Source of the DNA: Candidatus Heimdallarchaeota archaeon
GTDB taxonomy: Archaea; Asgardarchaeota; Heimdallarchaeia; JABLTI01
Assembly: GCA_030614005.1 (NCBI GenBank)
Contig: JAUWKS010000017.1
Coordinates: 26,214 to 58,213, forward strand
Direction: 5' to 3'
Length of the DNA stretch: 32,000 nt
Every line of letters begins with the position of its first letter. The stretch's first letter is position 1. Below are positions 27,374 to 32,000 of this stretch, piece by piece. The translations under genes and the position numbers were made by a program. Below the pieces are notes generated by a model, which was not told the origin of the DNA, made no database searches, and was given only the letters and a program-made list of their open reading frames with translations.

Positions 27374-27898
27374 TCACTTTGATAAAATAATCTCAATCGC
27401 AGAAACGTTTGCCATCCCACCACCTTCACGGCGTTGGACTTGTTCTGTACTTGTAATAATACTTTTTACTTTAAGATCAGGCATCAATTTATTTCGAGTC
27501 AATTCTGCCACATCAACTGCGCTACTGATTGCTCGACCTCGAGCACAAATTCTGACTTCTGTAGCATTATTGTCATTAAAACAAGTCATAACAGCTAAAA
27601 CGTACGTCATTGCGGGTTTATTGCCAACGAAAACAGTGTTCTTAGGTTTGGATTGTGGCTTGGCTGCAGGTGTTGGTTTCTCTTCTTTAGCTTCAGTAGG
27701 TTCTGGTTTCTTTTCTTTAGCTTCAGTAGGTTCAGGGTTCTCTTCTTTAGCTTCAGTAGGTTCAGGTTTCTCTTCTTTAGCTTTGGTAGACTTTCTTTTA
27801 GCTTTTAATTTGGTAGTTTTTTCTTTCGTTGCTTTCGTTTTTGTAGTTTTATCTTTTTTCTCAGACTTCTTTGCTTTTGATTTCTCGTCTTTGGGCAT
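27374..27898 (-). CDS. albA: Alba DNA/RNA-binding protein with 85-aa charged N-terminal extension
   Basis: Core [43 protein letters not shown] upstream. Confidence 0.92.
   Translation of the reverse strand: MPKDEKSKAKKSEKKDKTTKTKATKEKTTKLKAKRKSTKAKEEKPEPTEAKEENPEPTEAKEKKPEPTEAKEEKPTPAAKPQSKPKNTVFVGNKPAMTYVLAVMTCFNDNNATEVRICARGRAISSAVDVAELTRNKLMPDLKVKSIITSTEQVQRREGGGMANVSAIEIILSK
27675..27783. repeat. 30-bp in-frame tandem repeat (about 3.6 copies) inside alba
   Basis: Units at 27681, 27711 and 27741, plus a partial unit at 27771, with consensus TCTTCTTTAGCTTCAGTAGGTTCAGGTTTC. They encode [10 protein letters not shown] / [10 protein letters not shown] / [10 protein letters not shown]. Confidence 0.95.
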
Positions 27899-28254
27899 TT
27901 ATAGAGTTCCTCCAAAATATCATTTTCATGACCGACTGCGTTAGTATTCATGTTAAGTAGTCACAAATATTCTCGATAACCTTTCTTAAGACTAAATAAC
28001 TTAAAAATTCTTTCTAAGGAAATTAGTGAAATGTGTCGTGAGAAGCACTTTTTTAGCTATTTTATTTTTGTCAAGAGAAAAAAAAACTTTAACAGAATTT
28101 AGTTTCCGAAGGTTTAAAAGCAAAATCAGACCAAAATCAATTGATTGAAAGATCAACATTTTTGAAGACGAATCTAGAATTTTATTGTTATTTCTAGAAA
28201 TAACTTCACTAAAAAATTCCTTAGTAATTGTTTTGAGTAAAACTCAGACAATCT

Positions 28255-28887
28255 ATGAGGTGTGGGAATCTGTCTAAAGAAAAAAACTTCGAATTTAAAC
28301 CAGATAAAAAACTGTTGACCAAATATTTTGTAAGTTCAATAGTTATTTTCTTTGCAGCAATACTTTTTTCGGTAGCATTTTTAGTACCGTTATCTATTGT
28401 TGAAGGCAATTCGCAAATTGGTATTATCGGATCTATTGTTATGGGAAGTATAACCGTCGCAGGATTAGGATGTGCAATGATCATTTTGCCTTTCTACTAT
28501 CGTTCAATTCGATATGAATTGACAGATAAGGAAATGATTGTTCACAAGGGATTTATTCAGAAAATAATGAAAGTTGTACCATTAAGAGCGATTACCAATA
28601 TTGCGGTTGTAAGAGGACCTTTAGATAGGATCATCGGAATAGGCAGAATACAAATACATACTGCCGGATATAGTACTAGTCAAGGGCCTGAAGAAAAAAT
28701 CGATGGATTAATTCAATATCAGGAAATCTACGAAGCACTCAGTCAAAAAATCAAACAATTGAGACCTATGACACCCCTTGCTAGTCTTGAAGAAGAAGAA
28801 GATCTTCCTATCAAAGAACCTACAGATATCAACTTAGCTATTCTTAGCGAGCTTAAAGAAATTAAGAAGATTTTAAAGAATAAATAA
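28255..28887 (+). CDS. Membrane protein with bacterial PH (bPH_2/YdbS-like) domain
   Basis: Two TM helices, then YELTDKEMIVHKG......VP...I.NI.V.RGPLDRI.GIG.I.IHTAG. Confidence 0.85.
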   Translation: MRCGNLSKEKNFEFKPDKKLLTKYFVSSIVIFFAAILFSVAFLVPLSIVEGNSQIGIIGSIVMGSITVAGLGCAMIILPFYYRSIRYELTDKEMIVHKGFIQKIMKVVPLRAITNIAVVRGPLDRIIGIGRIQIHTAGYSTSQGPEEKIDGLIQYQEIYEALSQKIKQLRPMTPLASLEEEEDLPIKEPTDINLAILSELKEIKKILKNK

Positions 28888-28907
28888 TTCTTTTCTGTGA
28901 TTCTCTC

Positions 28908-31094
28908 TTAATTCCTTTTTTTTCTTTTTATGTAGTAAAAAGAAGCACTGGATATTATAATTAGAACAATTCCACTACCAATACTGAAAAACCAAATAAT
29001 CCAACTTGTATCTTGTAAATCCAAATACAATTCAGAAACCAAAACTAAACTACTTCCATTAAAATACACTATTCCACCAAATGTTAATTGTATTTCATCA
29101 AGAGTTTCAAAATGGTTGTTACCTGAATCATTGATTTCTAAGAAAAATTTTACCATGTCTGGATTTTGATTATTTTTACTTGTTCCTTTGAAATTAGCAA
29201 TTTTTACAATTATGTCCGTAGAGTTTGTGTAAGGATTCAATAGCGTGTATGGACTTGCATTTGTTGTTATTGGTGAAGAATAATTTACTTGTTCTGAGAG
29301 AACTTCTAAAAAATAACTCAACTTTGTTGATGCATCATTTTGATGACCAAAGAGAATATCGCGCCAATATTCTTCTCCAATTCGTTTACGAATATAAGTT
29401 GAATTTTCATTATTCACTAGTAAAGCAGTTGAAGCATAATTTGTACCGAAAAAAGTTTCTAATCCAAAATCTGTGCGTTGAGTACCATTATGAAAATATA
29501 ATGAAGTTAAAGCTGTTGAAATTACAGGTTTAGTTGTCGCAAAATCATGAATATAATCCATTTCAGAAGTGTTTAATGCTGCGACATCTGGTAGAACTAA
29601 CATTTGTACATCCAAGGCATCTAAGTAAGGCAAATGTCTCGAAGTAATAATTTTCACTGGAGTATGAGATTGAAGCAGCATAGCTGTAATGCCAAACAAA
29701 TCGTAACAATGGTGCCCTCCAATATATTCATCATAACTTTCCCAGATTTGATCATCAATGACCCCTCCAGAATTGACAATTGGTTCTTGTGAAGCATTCA
29801 ACGAATAAACGAAATTCCTTGTTTGTGGACTAAAATAAACAGCAACAGGCTCCATAACTTCCCACGAGTCATAGAGATATTGATTATTACTCTGTATCCA
29901 ATTGAACAGTTGTTTTCGGTAATCTAATCCTACAGTATCAGACATTTCAGGTCCCTTTGTTTCCCAAAAATTGCCCTCAAATAAAATGTTCGCAGCAGCA
30001 AGCACAGTGGAATCTAATTGTTCATCAGCGTAATCTAAAACCCAACTAGGATGCTCAAAGTCCAGAGCTCTGTAAATTAAATTTTTTATTACGGTATAGA
30101 GCCATAACTCTTCATTCATCGCTTTTGCATCACCTTTTATTCCAAATTCATGTGCAATTGCATCTACATATTCATATAGAAAATAGGGATCCGCACCAGA
30201 ATACAAACCATGTAATCCTTGAGCTAACCACAGTTCTGCAATAATTTTAATCTCTGGATTTATTCCTTTTGCGATGTTAGATACTTCTTCAAAGAATTCA
30301 TTTACAATATCGATTCTAAATTGAATCCATTCTATGAATATTGGATTGCTCAAAGAAAATTCTGACTCTGTTTGTGGTGGTGAATGACCATATCTATTTT
30401 CAAATTCTGCTATAGTATAAGCATCAAAACTTCCCCAAGTATATTCATTTGTATCACTGTACCACATTTTCCAATAAGGAATATCAATATAGATTCCATC
30501 AACACCAGTTGCTGCTAATTCAGCAATAATTGAAAGATATTGGTTTCTCCACTCAGTTGCTAAAGGAGTAACCCAGGCAGATTCATCTCCTCGTTCCACC
30601 CAAAAACCTAATTCTGAACCATAAACAGCATAATTCCCTTCGAGATCTTGTTGTAACCAATCAGGATGGTCCATCAAAACAGAATGGTCTTTTCTATTTG
30701 CCTTTTCCGTTATTATTTCAAAACCGGAAATATATTCAACAACCGCCAACCCCTCTTCGTGAGCAATTTCTACTATTTGTTCTGTCGCTTCAATATAGAT
30801 ATCAGGATTGAAGAAAGTCTCATACAGATGAATTAAACCAATATCAAGTTCTAAAACATTAACATTTTGCTCCACCAAATCTTGAACTTTCTCGCGAACC
30901 TCTTCATCTGTCATATCTTCCCAAAAATCACCACCCGCAATCCTTGCTGATTTCAACCAGTCTGAATTAGATAGTTCTGCTGTTGTTGTAGTGGTTATAG
31001 GATACATTTCCATTGATATAGAATGATTATTCAAAGTTGGTAGGTTGATTAGAATCAGAATAATTGCTAATGTAATTGATTTTGAGGAATTCAT
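28908..31094 (-). CDS. Secreted, membrane-anchored putative glycoside hydrolase (TIM barrel plus class I GATase-like/trimerisation domain)
   Basis: Signal peptide; HPDWLQ, W...Y....AEL...GVDGIYID, FD.YT...F...YG..P, WIQFR; later VAVYFS and MLVLPDVAAL..SE...I..F; C-terminal TM followed by KRKKRN. Confidence 0.6.
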   Translation of the reverse strand: MNSSKSITLAIILILINLPTLNNHSISMEMYPITTTTTAELSNSDWLKSARIAGGDFWEDMTDEEVREKVQDLVEQNVNVLELDIGLIHLYETFFNPDIYIEATEQIVEIAHEEGLAVVEYISGFEIITEKANRKDHSVLMDHPDWLQQDLEGNYAVYGSELGFWVERGDESAWVTPLATEWRNQYLSIIAELAATGVDGIYIDIPYWKMWYSDTNEYTWGSFDAYTIAEFENRYGHSPPQTESEFSLSNPIFIEWIQFRIDIVNEFFEEVSNIAKGINPEIKIIAELWLAQGLHGLYSGADPYFLYEYVDAIAHEFGIKGDAKAMNEELWLYTVIKNLIYRALDFEHPSWVLDYADEQLDSTVLAAANILFEGNFWETKGPEMSDTVGLDYRKQLFNWIQSNNQYLYDSWEVMEPVAVYFSPQTRNFVYSLNASQEPIVNSGGVIDDQIWESYDEYIGGHHCYDLFGITAMLLQSHTPVKIITSRHLPYLDALDVQMLVLPDVAALNTSEMDYIHDFATTKPVISTALTSLYFHNGTQRTDFGLETFFGTNYASTALLVNNENSTYIRKRIGEEYWRDILFGHQNDASTKLSYFLEVLSEQVNYSSPITTNASPYTLLNPYTNSTDIIVKIANFKGTSKNNQNPDMVKFFLEINDSGNNHFETLDEIQLTFGGIVYFNGSSLVLVSELYLDLQDTSWIIWFFSIGSGIVLIIISSASFYYIKRKKRN

Positions 31095-31235
31095 TATACC
31101 AACTCATTTAAATCGAGAAATATTGCTTTTATTTATTGGTATTAAATAGCTCGAGAACTAATAAAAAGCTGTTTAAAGGATAACTAGATACTGACTTGCT
31201 TATCCTTGAAAACAGCTTCACGAGAAAAATAAGAC

Positions 31236-31817
31236 ATGAATTCTAAAACTAAAACTATCCTTTCAATCGTAATTATGATATCAATTTCAACACAAATTCT
31301 TACATCTACCACAGTTGAAAGTGCAGACCCTATTGAAAAATCGTACAGTCTACCGGCACAAAGTTGGTTTTTCATACTTGAGGATGAGAATGTAACTGCA
31401 AATACAGTCTTTAGTTTTGAATGGTCAAGTGATATTGAAATCCAAGGAACACCTGTTTCAGAGACCGATTATACAGATATGCAAGCAATGAGCTTGTCAG
31501 AAAGATCTTCTTACTTTGAAAGTCTATCATATATAGAGGGAAAATTCGATTCAGGTAAAGTTACTGCAAATCAGAATGGTGAAGTCTTCTTCGTATTTTT
31601 CAATTCGGACACAGTTCAAGCGAATTTAAATTTACAATTGGAATCAAATACCGGTTCTTTATCGCCAACAGTAATTGGTTTGATTTCAGCACTCGCAGCA
31701 ATAATTTTTCTCAGCATAATAATATACGTAACAATGAAAATTAGGCAAAAAATGCTAAAAGAAGCTGAAGAAGAGGATGAATTAACCCCACAACAACGTT
31801 ACATGCAAAATCAATGA
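31236..31817 (+). CDS. Type I membrane protein (signal peptide, beta-sandwich, TM, charged tail), hypothetical
   Basis: N-terminal hydrophobic leader, beta-rich ectodomain, TM VIGLISALAAIIFLSIIIYV, tail KIRQKMLKEAEEEDE. Confidence 0.65.
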   Translation: MNSKTKTILSIVIMISISTQILTSTTVESADPIEKSYSLPAQSWFFILEDENVTANTVFSFEWSSDIEIQGTPVSETDYTDMQAMSLSERSSYFESLSYIEGKFDSGKVTANQNGEVFFVFFNSDTVQANLNLQLESNTGSLSPTVIGLISALAAIIFLSIIIYVTMKIRQKMLKEAEEEDELTPQQRYMQNQ

Positions 31818-31896
31818 TTTCCCTTCGTGCTACAATGAAATTTTTATTAAGTAGCAGAACGTAATTACTTCATAGAGTATTTGAGTGGATAATAAT

Positions 31897-32000
31897 ATGA
31901 ATACTATAAGTCTTTTCTGGGGATATTTAGTAGGAGAAGAACATCTCACAGATGAGCAGTTTGCAAGCATAGACTTTGGTGATCCTTCAATTGATACTGA
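31897..32000 (+). CDS. Possible 3'-truncated ORF
   Basis: ATG at 31897 is open to the window end (MNTISLFWGYLVGEEHLTDEQFASIDFGDPSIDT). Too short to classify. Confidence 0.3.
   Translation, partial: MNTISLFWGYLVGEEHLTDEQFASIDFGDPSIDT

Noticed and set aside
27675-27783. 30-bp repeats considered as a CRISPR array
   Set aside because: The repeats are directly adjacent with no spacers, are in frame within a CDS, and no cas genes are present.
27366-27944. 192-aa plus-strand ORF with [10 protein letters not shown] repeats
   Set aside because: Antisense shadow of alba, kept open by the tandem repeat. alba has the family motifs and a ribosome-binding site.
856-29533. Other short nested or antisense ORFs in the track (e.g. 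856, 2468, 3583, 5023, 6482, 10126, 12511, 14527, 14967, 16688, 17466, 18672, 18736, 19827, 21310, 22963, 23434, 25946, 26379, 26759, 28221, 29225)
   Set aside because: Each lies within or overlaps a longer gene with recognisable motifs or plausible architecture, and none shows family signatures.
1-32000. tRNA, rRNA, IS elements, integrases
   Set aside because: No T-loop or cloverleaf signatures, rRNA-like GC-rich tracts, transposase ORFs or terminal inverted repeats were found by eye.

Overview
AT-rich, gene-dense archaeal chromosomal window, most likely from an Asgard archaeon (Heimdallarchaeia-like). This is inferred from a gelsolin-domain protein, two Roadblock/LC7 proteins and a PAC4-like protein alongside archaeal core genes (Hef, Alba, Pth2, TruD, geranylgeranyl reductase, cis-prenyltransferase). 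No tRNA, rRNA, CRISPR array or transposase was seen. Highlights: (1) a complete, contiguous bacterial-type bacillithiol operon, bshC-bshB1-bshA (2073-5470); (2) an unannotated 70-nt box C/D guide sRNA (22377-22446) whose two guides appear to pair on either side of the catalytic A2451 region of 23S rRNA; (3) two tandem paralogous ~380-aa type IV pilin/archaellin-like proteins with a large C-terminal beta-sandwich; (4) a single-domain gelsolin with a polyproline-containing linker, followed by a Roadblock gene; (5) an Alba with an 85-aa Lys-rich and tandem-repeat N-terminal tail. All family calls come from motif recognition by eye, and rRNA target numbering comes from recalled conserved sequence. 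No database searches were run.
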